In this document: positions 25,753 to 38,990 of the stretch, in pieces
Layout: the number at the start of each line of letters is the position of its first letter
How positions within the stretch are numbered: position 1 is the stretch's first letter
Assembly (NCBI GenBank): GCA_009602735.1
Contig: WELA01003365.1
Location: 195,384-259,383, forward strand
Origin: Mesotaenium endlicherianum
Taxonomy: Eukaryota
Length of the DNA stretch: 64,000 bases
Direction of reading: 5' to 3'
Notes under the pieces: generated by a model
Seen by the model: the letters and a program-made list of their open reading frames with translations, nothing else
Database searches by the model: none
Told to the model about the DNA's origin: nothing
Made by a program: the position numbers and the translations under genes

Positions 25753-26604
25753 GTCACCGAGTTGCCGAGCCTTACGCTCTTCCTTCCAGTAAAGCCACCA
25801 GTCTGCGGCACTGCCTTTCAGCAGCGCACTGGTGTGCCTGACCTTCTCGTAATGTTGCAATTCTGGGTAGTTCTCCAGCCACTGCTCAACATCCGCGAGA
25901 AACTTGATCAGGTAATATTTTTTGTTTCCCTCAGGATCATATTCCTGGGGAGGTTTCGGCTTGGGCTTACTAGGCCCTCGGCCACCACCACTAGTGGTGT
26001 GAGACCCCAGTTGGTCTCTGTCCCGCAGTAGGGACATTATGATTCTTTTGTCCTCCTGCTGGGACTGATACATGGTCGCCATTTGCGACTGCATCTGAAC
26101 GAACAATGCTCCCAAGTCTACACTCTGGGGTGGTAGATTAGCAAAAGCAGCAGCAGCATTGGTATCTACTCGCGGAGTAGTGTCCTCAACAATCCCTCTC
26201 GCTCCTGCAGCAGCAACTCTTGCCGCATTCAGCCGGTCACGTATTTGACCTAGGGGTACATTGAGTTGTACAGCAGGAGGTGGGTTCAGAACAGTGGCCC
26301 TTGATGCCATAAGTTCTTCAACAGTGCGCTCGTCAGCTGGCTGTCCTTCCCTCCTTTCTGTATCTTCAGCGCCCTTTGCTACTTGTTCAGCTTCTAATCT
26401 GGCTCTCTCCTCCTCAGCTTGCTGTGCTGCGACTGTGGCAATAGCAGCTACATCATCTGCAGCCTCTCTAGCTGCAGCATCTGCCATTGCTTCAGAATAG
26501 GAACGGGTTCCCGCTACATGGCTTTCCGCCTGGTTTTTGACATTCTCGTTATCCTGGTTCTCCATGTCTCGGGAGTTGCTAGTTTGAGACCTTGTCCTTA
26601 CCAT
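25753..26604 (-). pseudogene. gag: A1 gag, N-terminal half
   Basis: MVRTRSQ... matches A3/A4 gag up to RQLGD, where B inserted. Confidence 0.95.
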
Positions 26605-26645
26605 ACAAAGAAGACTGTGATATGTGATAACTGCTCCGATACCAC

Positions 26646-27368
26646 TGAAATGAGTCGACTTACCAAATAGGCGATTAACAATTAATGAAGATCTTTATAA
26701 CAACAAGTAATCTTTATGGTAATTTCCGTTAACTGGTTAAACGGCAGAGGACAACACACTAGCAGTGAACAATACTCGTAAGTCAAATGTGAGTAAACTA
26801 GCATCAATAAATGCAAATCAATAAACTCATACATAAGCAAGGTTAGAAGACAGTGCGTATCAATGGCTTCTCGCCCTGGATTCAGATCACTCTCAGTAAG
26901 CTTGTACAAGAGAGTTGGCCTCGTTTCCGAATGCCGAACTCGAGAGCAATGCCTAGCATATGTACATGGAATGAGTTTACTGTTCAACGGTCAGTGCGAT
27001 GGCACCGCCTACCCAGGAGTTAACCACGTTGGTAGGACCTCGGTTAACCAAATCCACCGCCATCTCCCATCATCCCGAATCGCCATCCATCATAGGGATG
27101 TCATTTGGCCATTCATCTAGCATACCACACTTAGATGCATCTCGAGGCAGTTCGCTGCTACCGAGTACGGAAGTCAGCTGACTGTCAAAGAATGTGTCAG
27201 CAAGCTGACTTAAGTTGACTTCAGCCTGTTGCTTTCGGCCGAGTCATTAAACTGATATTAGATATGAAGTCCAACAGACTGATTATTAACTAGAGTTCAG
27301 CAGGCAGAACTCATTTAACTATATTATTTAAATGAATATTATATCAACTAATATACTAATTCATTACA
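26646..27368 (-). repeat. A1 5' LTR
   Basis: Matches 11860-12582; PBS (reverse complement gctccgatacca) is adjacent. Confidence 0.95.
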
Positions 27369-27373
27369 CCTGC

Positions 27374-29145
27374 ATGCTGTTGTTGTAGGCAACCTCCAAC
27401 CCTGGTAGGTTCTTGTCCCACTCTGAAGGGTCCTCCATAGAGAAACTCCTGAGCACCTCTTGTAGAGTTCTGTTGAGCCTCTCACTCTGCCCGTCTGTCC
27501 GAGGGTGATAGGAAGTGCTCATACTCAGCTTGGTCCCCATCAAAGTAAACAATGACCGCCAAAAGTTGCTTTTGAACCTTGGATCCCGATCTGAAACAAT
27601 CACCTTCGGCAACCCATGTAGCCTGAAAATATGATCAAAGAATAACCGTGCCACATCCGCTGCCGTAGAAGTCTCCTTCATGGGAATGAAGTGAGCCATC
27701 TTGCTGAGTCTGTCAGACACAACCCATATTGCATCGTGCCCTTGACCACTCACTGGTAACGATGTGATGAAGTCCATAGCAATCTGCTCCCAAGGATACT
27801 CTGGAATAGGCAGGGGCTGTAATGTACCTCCCTTCTTTTGATTTGGTGTCTTGTTTCTCTAGCACGCATCACAACTCCTGATCCACTCCTCGATGTCCTT
27901 GTCCATATTTCTCCAGTAGTACTCCCGCTTCAGCACGCTTGCCGTCTTCTCGCTTCCAAAGTGTCCAGCATATAAGCAGTCATGATGCTCCGCAAGTAGT
28001 AAGTCTCGTAGCTCCTTGATGTCAGGTACCACCACTCTGTTGGAATCACCGTAATACCATATGCCGTCCTTCTTCTGCATACTCGCGCTGAACTCAGCTG
28101 CTCCACCGTCAGCAAACTCTGGGTCCTCCTCATAACCTCTTTGAAGTTTCTCCTTGAAGTCCATATTCTCCTTGATGATTGAGACAGCTGCAAGGTCACA
28201 CCTCCTGGATAAAGCATCTGCAGGGTTGATCTTCCCAGGTAAATACTCAATCTTGTGGTCGAACTGTTGCAGAAACTCCATCCACCTTGCCTGTCTTGGT
28301 GTCAACGTTGGTTGCGTCATAAACTTCTCCAAGCTCTTGTGGTCGGTCTTGATGAACACCTTCCGGCCGTCCCCATAACATCGCCAAATCCTCAAAGCCT
28401 GGATAATAGCCAACATCTCTCGCTCGTGTGCTGCATAGTTTTGCTCAGCAGGATTCAACTTCCTGCTCTCATATGCCACAGGCTGCAATCCTTTGCCCTG
28501 GTCCTGGAGAAGAATGGCCCCCACTGCAAAGTTTGACGCGTCTGTGATGATGGTGAAAGGAAGCTCTGGACTGGCAATTGCCAACACAGGTGCTTGTGTC
28601 AATAACTCCTTAATCTTCTCAAATGCTTGCTGCTCTTTGTCACCCCATAGCCACTTCTCCTGCTTCTTCAACATGTCCGTCAGCGGTGCACACACCTTGG
28701 CAAATCCTTCAATGAAACGTCGATAATAATTCGCCATGCCGAGGAAACTTTGGAGTTGATGAATATCAGCAGACACCGGCCGATCTCTGACTGCTTGCAC
28801 CTTCTTTTGCTCCACCTTGACTCCTTCAGCTCCCACTATGTGTCCAAGAAACTCCACCTCCTTGAGACAGAAGTCGCACTTGCTCATGTTCCTATACAGC
28901 TTCTGATCTCTCAAGACCTCCAACACCTTCCTCAGATGCCCCACATGCTCTTCCAAGGTCTTCGAATAGATCAAGATGTCGTCCAAAAATACCACCACAA
29001 ACTGGTCCGAGTAGGGTCTGAAGATACTATTCATGAGTCCCATGAATGTAGCAGGTGCATTAGTCAACCCAAAAGGCATGACTGTGAACTCGAAGAAATC
29101 GTAGCGAATTCTGAAAGCAGTCTTCTGAACATCTCCTTCCGCAAT
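27374..29145 (-). pseudogene. pol: Family C pol (RT C-half, RNaseH, integrase)
   Basis: [26 protein letters not shown] and SDRDPRF motifs; internal stops. Confidence 0.95.
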
Positions 29146-29463
29146 TGAACTTTATATCAAAATGATCACAAAAATGCACTTAACACTACTATACAATCAA
29201 AACATACTTTCATGAAACTCAAAAGTGCACTTTATAAGCCTATGACCTTACATAGGCTAAGGCCTAGTTAACAATGTCCAACTAAAAATAGCTCAAACAG
29301 CCTGCTACTTAGGGCTGGGGCTGGCCATAGGGCCCCTGAGTGGCCCATAAGGCCCCTGAAAATTAGCTACCTGGGCAGGTGCTAGCAAAGGCTGCCTCTG
29401 GTAGGAGTCTGGGCCATTAGGTGCCCCAGAAGGGCAAAAACGAGATGTGTGACCTACCATATG

Positions 29464-30360
29464 TCAATTCCAGCAACTCAAGTCGTTTCTAGACGTCTTT
29501 GGAGCGCGGGGGTTAGCCTTAAAAGCATACGGGCTGCCCCATAGTCTGCGGACACTAAAAACAACCTCTTGCTCCTCCTCTTTGTCCTTCTTACTCTTAG
29601 CCACTTGCTTCTGGACCCGGTTCTCTATATCCTCACTCTCATCCTTAATTTGCATAGACTTTACTACCTCATCAATCACAGGCCAGCTATGCAAATCCGC
29701 GGAGATAATTTGCGTTTGTCGAATAGTTATTAAAGACAAACTTTCAGTGAGCGCGCTTTGGGCCGCTTGTATGTCTTCCTTGTCCAACGCGTCTTAAGCG
29801 TTGTGGCACAGCTCCGCGAGGTCGTTCATCACCTTCATTTGGGCGCGGTTGCCCTCTGACAATTTTCCCACACCTGCAACATCGCTCTTGCGCTTAAGCC
29901 TCTTGAGCTGCTGCAGTATGTCTGCCCCTGCTCCCTTGCCCTCTTGAGCTCGCGCTACCTTGGTTTGCAAAAATTTGCTCACTGCTTCTTGCAGCTTGGC
30001 CATTTGCAGTGCAGCAGCTTGCTACGCAACTTTGAGCTCAGCCGCGTCAGCCTTGCTCATCTCGGCCTGTTCGTTCTCATACTCGCTAAGAAACTCTGTA
30101 GGTAACCTAGCGAGCTCATCGGGAGTTAGTTGGCTCGCTACGCTCTGTCTACCGGTTGAGTGACGCTGCTCATCGTTAAGCTGCTCGCCATCGTTTTGTA
30201 GCCCGCACGGACCTCCCTGGCTCACCATTCCTCTCTTCGCCATTGCTCGCAACTGTGCGTACACGTATGCGACTCTAGTGGTAGCGGATCTATGAAATTC
30301 AATCAAACGATTTTGAATGCCCAACATAGATTGTGTTACTATGTCTCGATTGGCATGCAA
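29464..30360 (-). pseudogene. Decayed ~300-codon ORF resembling ORF1/gag of DIRS/Ngaro-type (tyrosine-recombinase) retroelements
   Basis: Three listed ORFs (30022-30360, 29794-30003, 29464-29787) share one frame, separated by single stops. The motif 'GNRAQ...LSLITIRQTQIISADLHSWPVIDEV...SEDIENRVQK' matches my recollection of the DIRS-like ORF1 pattern GN..Q...LI..RQK.I..AD...W..V.EY...SEDEK. Confidence 0.45.
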
Positions 30361-30374
30361 TGTCTACGCGCCTA

Positions 30375-30512
30375 AGTGTAGCAGCTACTTCCTGCTGCAA
30401 TGAAGGCTTCTTTGCAAGGAGAAACCTTTACGAGAGTTTGTTTGTCGATGAAAGTGCAGTACATGTGAAATCGATCAAATTTGACCACTTGTCAAACCTT
30501 GATTTGCGACCT
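30375..30512 (-). repeat. Dispersed repeat R, partial copy 2
   Basis: The reverse complement matches 8820-8950 and 38985-39118. Confidence 0.75.
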
Positions 30513-31084
30513 TAGGTTGTCATGTTTCCATAAATGTGTAAAAACACAAAGCACCATCACCTTGGGTTTGATGCCCTGTCAAAGCCGCAAACAGTGTCTT
30601 GCAAGTTCTTGTGAAAGTCCTTATAATAGCTTACGTAAACGACCTAGTATTTTGCAAAAAAAATGCAAATAAGGGTGAGCAATATGTGACTAGAGGTTCT
30701 ATAGAGGTCTTGAGAGGGCATAAGTTGTCGCATGTTTGAGTTTTGCTTCAAAGCAATCTGAATTTTACGCCATATAGTTAGCAAGCACGTAGTTAGTGCA
30801 ATTCAACAAAAGATTAAGGTAATATCAAAGTCGCGTGGGGCCATTGGCACTCGTCAACTCGAAAGCTTCTTGGCTAACTGTGTACTTTTAAAAAGATTTT
30901 GAATATGCCAAGGTGTACGATCTCATTCTCAAAATATGAAAATGGAGAAATTACATTTGGAGGCCAGTTGAATATAAGGTCTCTGAAAAGATGAAGTTGC
31001 TATGACCGCGGCTTTAGAGCTAGCCCTTTCTAAGTCAAGCGTGCCCTTCACTAGGATGATGAATGTCTCAACGTCTGCCGCAGA

Positions 31085-31278
31085 AGCGACTTAGCCGGTG
31101 ACTTTGCTCTGTCCAAGACGGGTAACAAATACATCATGATCATCATTGAGCATTACTTAAAATAGATGGAGGTGGTCCTCCTCACTCTGAAGAAAGTGTT
31201 GGGACAGTGGAAGCGCTTCTCAAGTATGTGATTGTGCGCCAGCATAAGTGCTGACAAACCAAGGGTCTTGAACGAAGG
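31085..31278 (+). pseudogene. Relic gypsy-type integrase core (family D), left part
   Basis: Translates as DLAGDFALSKTGNKYIMIIIEHY...VLTNQG with stops and frameshifts; continues after A2. Confidence 0.7.
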
Positions 31279-32033
31279 TGTAATGAATCAGTATATTGGT
31301 AGATATAATATTCGTTTAAATATAATAGTTAAAAAAGTTCAGCTTGCTGAACTTTAGTTAATATTGAGTCTGCTGAACCTTATTAAATAAACAGTTTAAT
31401 AACTCAGCAGGGAGCAGCAGGTTGAAGTCAACTTAGGTCAGCTTGCGGACACATTCTTTAACAGCAAGCTGGCTTCCGTGCTCGATAGCAGCGAACTGCC
31501 TAGATATGCATCTAGAATGTGGTGTGCTAGATGAATGGCCAGATGACATCCTTAGGATGGAAGGCGATTTGGGATGATGGGAGATGGCGGTGGATTTGGT
31601 TAAGCGAGGTCCTACCAACGTGGTTAACTCCCGGGTAGGCGATGTCATCGTACTGGCCGTTGAACAATAAACTCATTCCATGTACATATGCTAGGTATTG
31701 CCCTCGAGTTTGGTATTCGAAAACGAGGCCAACTCTCTTGTAGAGCTTACGGAGAGAGATCTGAATCCAAGGCGAGAAGCCATTGATATGCACTGTCTTA
31801 TAGCCTTGCTTATGTACGAGTTTACTAATTGCATTATTGATGCTAGTTTACTTTCATTTGACTTGGGAGTATTGTCCACTGCTAGTGTGTTGCCTTTTCG
31901 CTGTTGAATCAACTAACATTAATTACCATAAACATTACTTGCTGATAAAAAGCTCTTCATTAATTGTTAATCGCCTATTTGGTAAGTCGATTCATGTCAG
32001 TGGTATTGGAGCAGTTATCACAGTCTTCTTTGT

Positions 32034-35000
32034 ATGGTAAGGACAAGGTCTCAAACTAGCAACTCCCGAGACATGGAGAACCAAGATAACGAGAATGTCA
32101 AAAATCAGGTCCAAAGCCATGTAGCGAGAACCCGTACCTATTCTGAAGCAGTGGCAGATACTGCAGCTAGAGAGGCTGCAGATAAGGCAGCTGCTATTGC
32201 TGCAGTCGCAGCACAGCAGGCTGAAGAGGAAAGTGTCAAACTAGAAATCGAACGATTAGCAAAAGCTGTTGAAGATACAGAAAGGAGGGAAGGACAGCCA
32301 GCAGACGAGCGCACTGTCAAGAACTTATGGCAGCAAGGGCCAATGTTTTGAACCCACCTTCTATTGTACAACTCAATGTGCCTCTAGGTCAAATTCGTGA
32401 CCGGCTGAACGTGGCAGGAATTGCTGCTGCAGGAACTAGAGAAATTGTTGAGGACACTACTCAACGAGTGGATGCCATTGCTACTGCTGCATTTGCTAGA
32501 CTCCCACCTCAGAGTGTGGATTTGGGAGCATTGTTTGTGCAAATGCAATCGCAAATGGCGAGCATGTATCAGTCCCAACAGGAGGACAAAAGAATCATAA
32601 TGTCTCTGTTGCGGGACAAAGACCAACTGGGTTCTCAAACCACTGGTGATGGTAGCAGAGGGCCTAGTAAGGCGAAGCCGAAACCTCCCCTGGACTATGA
32701 TCCTGACGAAAACAAAAAATGTTACCTGATCAAGTTTCTTGCTGATGTTGAGCAGTGGCTGGAGAACTACCCAGAATTGCAAGATTACGAGAAGGTCAGG
32801 CACACTGGTGCCCTACTGAAAGGCAGTGCAGCAAACTGGTGGCTGTATTGGAAAGAAGAGCGTAAGGCTCAGCAACTTGGTGACCCTACTTGGGTAGAGT
32901 TTGTTGAGAAATTGCATGAGAAGTTTAATGTCATCAATCAATAGGAGAAAGCTATCTACGCGATGATCTCCTTGACACTGAAGCAAACCACTTCAGTTGC
33001 TGAGTTTGCTCCGAAGTTCCAGGAGAACATGATGAAGCAGCCAGACTTGCCGGAGCGGTATAGGATAGCATACTTCAGGTATGGCTTGAAATCCGAAGTC
33101 TCTAATCACTTCGCTGATAAAAAATATGAGAAACCGGCTGACCTGATCCAGGATGCCGATGCCTGGGATCAGCAGCAATTCAATCACAAGCGCCGCGGTA
33201 ATGCTTTGGTGTCTAAGATTGTCAAAAAGCCTCACGGTTCCTATAATGCAATTGAAGAAGACCAAGCTGAGGATAATCAGGGTGATGAGTACGAGAATCA
33301 GTATAATGTGATACAGTCCAAAGGGAGAGGTGGTTACTCTCGAGGTGGCTATGGAAGAGGTGGTGGTAGGACTAAGCCGAGACCAGCCTCAGCAAAATCT
33401 GTTTACTTCCATTGCCAGCAGTTGGGTCACTTTAGAGAGCAGTGTCCAGTCAAGCACCTCCCAAAGGGCTAGAGAAAAGACCAGCCTTTAGAAGACAGCA
33501 ACAGTCAGTAGTCCAATCTACTGAATGTGAGGATGCTAGAGATAGTGAGTCGTCACTAGCTGCCCTCGTAGCAGGTATTATGGGTCCTGCTGAACAGGAT
33601 TCACCATGCATGCCTGACAAACTGATAAAGGAGACCAACAGCAATATAGATCTTCAGAGAGTGCACACTGAAGATGAAGCTCAGCATGCTGAACACTTAA
33701 GGACGGTCATGGACATTCTAAGAAAAAATCAATCATATGCTAAAATGAGCAAGTGTGATTTCTTCAAGATAAGTAATGAATTCTTAGGCCACGTTGTCAG
33801 CAAAGAAGGCATCAGTGTGGATCCTAAGAAAGTCTAGACCATGAGGGATTGGCTTGTACCACAGTCTATCTCTGAGTTAGATCCTTCCTTGAGTTGGCTA
33901 AGTACTAAAGAGATTTTGTGAGAATTATTCTACAAAGGCCAGTATACTGACTGACCTTACTAAGAAAGATATAGGGTATGTGTGGGGGGAAAAGCAGCAT
34001 GCTGCCTTCCAGACCCTTAAAGATGCTCCTTGTTCTGCTCCAGTGCTAGCCGTGTATGACCCCCAGCAAACCTGTGCAGGTGGTTACTGATGCTTTTGAC
34101 TTTGCCATGGGTGCTATCTTGTTGCAGCCTGCTGACAAAACCACAAAAGATGGTAAGGTACGACAAGAGTGGCACCCTGTGCTGCATGAGTCTATGAAAT
34201 TCAACCCAGCTGAAATTAACTGCTTCATGCATGATAAAGAGCTGCTTGTTATCATTTATGTGCTCAAACAGCGGACAGCATACTTACATGGTAAAGCTTT
34301 TAAGGTGATTACAGATCATCTAGCTCTCACTCACTTTCAAAAGAAGTTCAAGTTGTCCAGGAGGGAGAATCGCTGGAGCCAGATGCTGGAGCAGTTCCAA
34401 GTCCAGATCGACTACAAACCAGGGAAGTTGAATCCTGCTGATGCACTCTCTAGAAGACCTGACTTGCAAGAAAGGAACTTTAGTCAGCATGCTGTAGATA
34501 AAGTCCTTTGTGCAATCACTTCACTAAAGGTGACAAAGTCCTTCCTTGAACAACTTAGGAAAGCCTACCTTTCTGACACAACATTTGAGCCCAGCCCCAC
34601 GGATGGTGTATGTCCTGCTACTGCACTCGGGTATCGGCTTAAGGGAGGGATCTAAGTGACTGAAACCACTTCAGGCAGGCTGAAGCTGGTCATTCCTAAT
34701 AAATTGGAAATAAGGTCCCTCTTACTGAGTCAAGCGCGTGACAGTTTACTAGGTGGGCATTTGGGGCAGGCCAAAATTGTTGGCAAACTGGCAAAACATT
34801 ATCATTGGGATGGATTGCCTCCGGAGGTCTTGAAATATGTTGTCCTGTGATCAGTGTCAGAGAAATAAGTCTAGGCACACATCACCGGGGGGTCTCTTAC
34901 AACCATTGCCCATCCCAGCTGGACGCTGGAAAACAATATCCATGGACTGGGTGGTAACACTACCACGAACTGCCAATGGACATGATTCGATACTGGTAGT

Positions 35001-36030
35001 AGTGGATAAATTGCCAAATATGGTCATTTTCATCCCCATAACTAACAAAGTAACTGCACTCGAAACAGCGAGACAGTTCCACAACCATGTAGTATGCCAA
35101 CATGGGCTGCCCTCCATTATCATCTCAGACAGGGACTCAAAATTCACCTTTAAGTTCTGGAGAGCTTTAATGGAATTTATGGGAGTCAAACAGCTGCTCA
35201 ACACAGCAAACCACCCTCAGACTCATGGGCCGACTGAAAGAACTAACCGAGTTCTGCAAGAGGTGTTAAGAGCATATATTAACCAAAAAAAATAATATTG
35301 GGATGATCTTTTGCCTCATATCCAGTTTGCGGTCAACAGTGCGGTGAACGCGTCAACGGGCAAGACTCCTTTTGAATTGAGCCTGGGTAGAGTCCCTAAG
35401 TCTCCTTTAGATGTACTAGAGGAGTCTTTAACTCACCTTGAAGGGATTCACAATCCGAGCTCCCTATTAGTTAACCCAGGAGTTTGCTGACACCCTGTCA
35501 GAAGTCCAACAGTTGCTGCACAAAGCCCAAGTAAATCAACAAAAATACGCTAATCAGCACCGTCGAGAGCTGACATTTTCTAAGGGCGATTTGGTCAAAC
35601 TGCATTCTCAACACGTGTACCTGCCTGGTGCGGTCAAGAAAAAGCTTGGTCCGGTCTGGGTTGGTCCATATTCGGTGATGCGCCGTGTCGGTCAAAATGC
35701 TTACGAACTGAGCATGTCAGCAGAATACAAGGGTCACGCTGTCTTTAACGTCTCCTTCTTGGAACCGTGCATCAAAGGTGACACACTGTTCACCGGTCGA
35801 TTACCTGTCCAACCCCCGCTGTCCGGGATGGTGACCCTGAGGAATATGAGGTCGAGGAGATTTTAGACGCTCGCTCTGTACGTCGATCATCTAAATATGT
35901 CATGAAGTACTTGATCAGATGGAAGGGGTACAATGCCTCTGGGGACACTTGGGAACTTAAAGTACTAGCTGACCAATGCCAAAGGGGCCTTGAAGCGGTT
36001 CCACCTTCGGGCAGCTGGCACCCCTCCCAA
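32034..36030 (+). pseudogene. A2 gag-pol, frameshifted; protease and most of RT deleted at ~33670
   Basis: 'QRVHT' is fused to 'EDEAQH'; many stops. Confidence 0.9.
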
Positions 36031-36297
36031 ACTGTCATTTCAGTCGCCATGGACAGGTGATAGGAGGTTCTGTCTCCAAATAAGTTGGAGGGGAACGTGA
36101 CAGTTAAACGTGACAGTTAGTGACAGATAGTGACAGTTGTGACAGGCAACCCACTTTAAAATTAAGTTGGAGGGAGTGTGTACCGTCTCAGAATCAGCCA
36201 GTAAGATTCTTATGTAATCATTCTACACACTCAACCTACGCTCACACTCACTTTTTCTCTCTGACTCAGTTCTCCTAATCTACTCACTCACACAAGG

Positions 36298-37986
36298 ATG
36301 ACTCAGAATTTGGAACTTAAGAGGAAGAGAAGAGCAGAAGAGGCACATGCAGAATACTTGCGATTCCGTGGCGACATCGAATCATCCTCCATCTCCGCTC
36401 GAGAATCACAACGACTCCAACAACATCGGGAGGCACAGAAGAAGAAGGAGGAGGAGGAACAGGCCAGGCTGAGGCACGAAATACTGGACAGACAAGCTGC
36501 AGAGGAGGCCAAGAAGGCAGAGGAGGAGAGGCAAGCTGAGGAGAGGCGGAAGCAGCAGGCTGAAGAAGAACAGAGGAGAATCAGCAGCTACCGCTACACA
36601 GTGCTGGGCAAGGGCTTTGATTTACTGGAGGAGGCCTTCAAGTATGGCCAGAGAAGTCGGAGTGAGTCGCAGAAGGACATCCTGCAGAGGGAAGGGGAGA
36701 CATCCGAAAGCTTTGACAAGTGTATAGAGGTCAGCACAGGGCTTTTCCTCTACCACGATTATGCAAGGATGGTAAAATATACGGTCAGAGAGGCCAAGGC
36801 AATGGCCCAAATGAATGAGGAAGGAGCTGTGTCGATTTCGAGTATCTAGGGGAAAGATAGGCTCATCAGGACGATCCCCATGGACGCTGACAACTTTAAG
36901 GACTCTACATCCCATAACAAGTTCAAGGCCATGTATAATGAGGTGGAAAGAAGAAGGTGGGGATTCTTGGCCAGGGAAACCAGTCGGCTGGACTTCGCAG
37001 GGCATTGGTACCCTTGTACGCTGAAAAGGACAGATCCTGCCTTCTTCCAAAAGCCCACCGATTGGCGGTGGATGACCACTAATATGAGGGACCAGCAAAA
37101 TGACAGGGCAAGGGAGGAAGATTTCCTAACAGACGTACAGTGGAACATAGTGTTGCCCCCTCATATTGCAGCTTGGGACCCAAACTTGGATGGAGTAAGA
37201 GACTGCATGAGTTAAGAATTGCAGGAGGACAGGAGCAGGGCCCGAGAGTCATTCTCTACAGGGAAGCACGCTTATGCCAAATGGGCAAGCAAGCAGGGAG
37301 AGAAAGAACTGTATGCGGTCAGGACTCAACAACCCCCACCAGCACCCAATAGGGGAAGGTCAGTGGGATATTCTTTTTCTCAGGAAGAGCTGGAGCAGTT
37401 GACAGAGGAGACCCCAGCAGTCTCATAGGAGCCAGGGGAAGAAGAGGAGGAGAGGTCAGAGGAAGAAGGAGAGGAAGGCAAGGGAGAGGACACTAGCCCC
37501 GCTGTGACCCAGACACCTGCCACATCCCCTGTAATGGAGAAGATTGGGTTGGCCAGGGCAGACATAGCCCTGCACCAGCTCGTTGAAGAGGAAGATATCA
37601 CTTGGCTGGGAACTGCCAGATAAAAAAGCCCATCTGGAGGCGCAGAGATCCAGTCAGACAGGGTAGACGGAAGGGCTGTCAGAGAAATAGCCAGAGGCCT
37701 GCCAGCATCTCTCTCGCAGAGAGGACATGTGCCCTTGGCTACTGTCATGCAACATCCTTCTGGGATACGAGTATATGTGCCTGTCAGTTTGAGGGATGCC
37801 CAGGAGAAGGTTGCCTCCCTTTATTTTCAGACTATGCAGGAGGAAACAGCCCAGTTACTGCGTTCTCCCCTTGGTACCCCCTACTCGAAGCCCCCAGGCT
37901 TCAGGAGACCCCAAGACAGAAGGAGGAGGTTTGCCTCCCGGTCTCGCTCCCCTGACCGTAGAGCCCCAGGAACATCTCCCTCATAA
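36298..37986 (+). pseudogene. A2 accessory ORF3, type I (563 codons in one frame, internal stops)
   Basis: ORFs starting at 36298, 36880, 37219 and 37729 are all in the same frame and colinear with A4 ORF3. Confidence 0.88.
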
Positions 37987-38875
37987 GGGCAGTAGGCTAA
38001 GGGCGGAGGGACAGCACACTATTACTAGTGATCCCCACAGTTAGGCATCAGTGTTGGAGCAAGAGGCGGTGGGAGGGAGATCAGTACTTTCGGTTGGGGA
38101 AAGCCATGTACCCAGTGTTAGTGTTGTCGAGGCGAGAAACCGTTGAGTTGGAGGGATTGTAATGAATCAGTATGTTGGTAGATATAATATTTATTTAAAT
38201 ATAATAGTTAAATAAGTTCAGCCTGCTGAACTTTAGTTAATATTGACTCTGCTGAACCTTATTAAATTAATCAGTTTAATGACTCAGCCGGGAGCAGCAC
38301 GCTGAAGTCAACTTAGGTCAGCTTGCTGACATATTCTTTGACAGCCAGCTGACTTCCGTACTCGGTAGCAGCGAATTGCCTAGATATGCATCTAAGTGTG
38401 GTGTGCTAGATGAATGGCCAGATGACATCCTTAGGATGGATGGCGATTCGGTATGATGGGAGATGGCGGTGGATTTGGTTAACCGAGGTCCTACCAACGT
38501 GGTTAACTTCCGGGTAGGCGGTGCCATCGCACTGGCCGTTGAACAGTAAACTCATTCCATGTACATATGCTAGGCATTGCTCTCGAGTTCAGCATTTGAA
38601 AACTAGGCCAACTCTCTTGTACAGCTTATGGAGAGAGATCTGAATCCAAGGCGAGAAGCCATTGATATGCATTGTCTTCTAGCCTTGCTTATGTACGAGT
38701 TTACTAATTGCCTTATTGATGCTAGTTTACTTCCATCTGACTTGCGAATATTGTCCATTGCTAGTGTGTTGTCTTTTTGCTGAATTAAGTAACAGAACAT
38801 ACCATAAAGATTACTTGCTGATATAAAGATCTTCATTTATTATTAATCGCCTATTTGGTGAGTCGATTCATTTCA

Positions 38876-38990
38876 CAAGGGTTTTGAGTTCCAAGGTGCG
38901 TTTTAACAACTATTTGGGAGGTGTTTCATTCACTATCGTTCTACCTCCAGAGATCATCCACAAGTAGATAGTCTTGCAGAAAATGGTGCA
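38876..38990 (+). pseudogene. Relic integrase core (family D), right part
   Basis: Reads approximately EFQGAF*QLFGRCFIHYRSTSRDHPQVDSLAE, an rve-like pattern. Confidence 0.7.

Larger units (their letters stand above)
11860..27368 (-). mobile_element. Family A chromovirus copy A1 (degenerate, ORF3 type I), with element B nested in gag
   Basis: LTRs at 11860-12582 and 26646-27368. Perfect TSD cctgc at 11855-11859 and 27369-27373. PBS next to the 5' LTR and PPT next to the 3' LTR. Confidence 0.95.
10590..29252 (-). mobile_element. Ty3/gypsy chromovirus family C, internally deleted, interrupted by A1 (left boundary approximate)
   Basis: RT/RNaseH/integrase at 27374-29145 continues at 11859-11163 with a chromodomain. 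PPT gaggagggggatga precedes the 3' LTR start TGTAAGG at 11175. A matching ~107-bp 5' LTR stub at 29146-29252 is fused directly to RT. Confidence 0.85.
31279..38875 (+). mobile_element. Family A copy A2 (most decayed; ~1.25-kb pol deletion; ORF3 type I without intron)
   Basis: LTRs at 31279-31999 and 38158-38875. PBS tggtattggagc at 32001-32012. Flanks gaagg/caagg match at 4 of 5 bases. Confidence 0.93.

Noticed and set aside
36097..36146. Short tgacag repeats as a CRISPR-like array
   Set aside because: The units are ~9-13 bp without unique spacers, in a eukaryotic retroelement with no cas genes.
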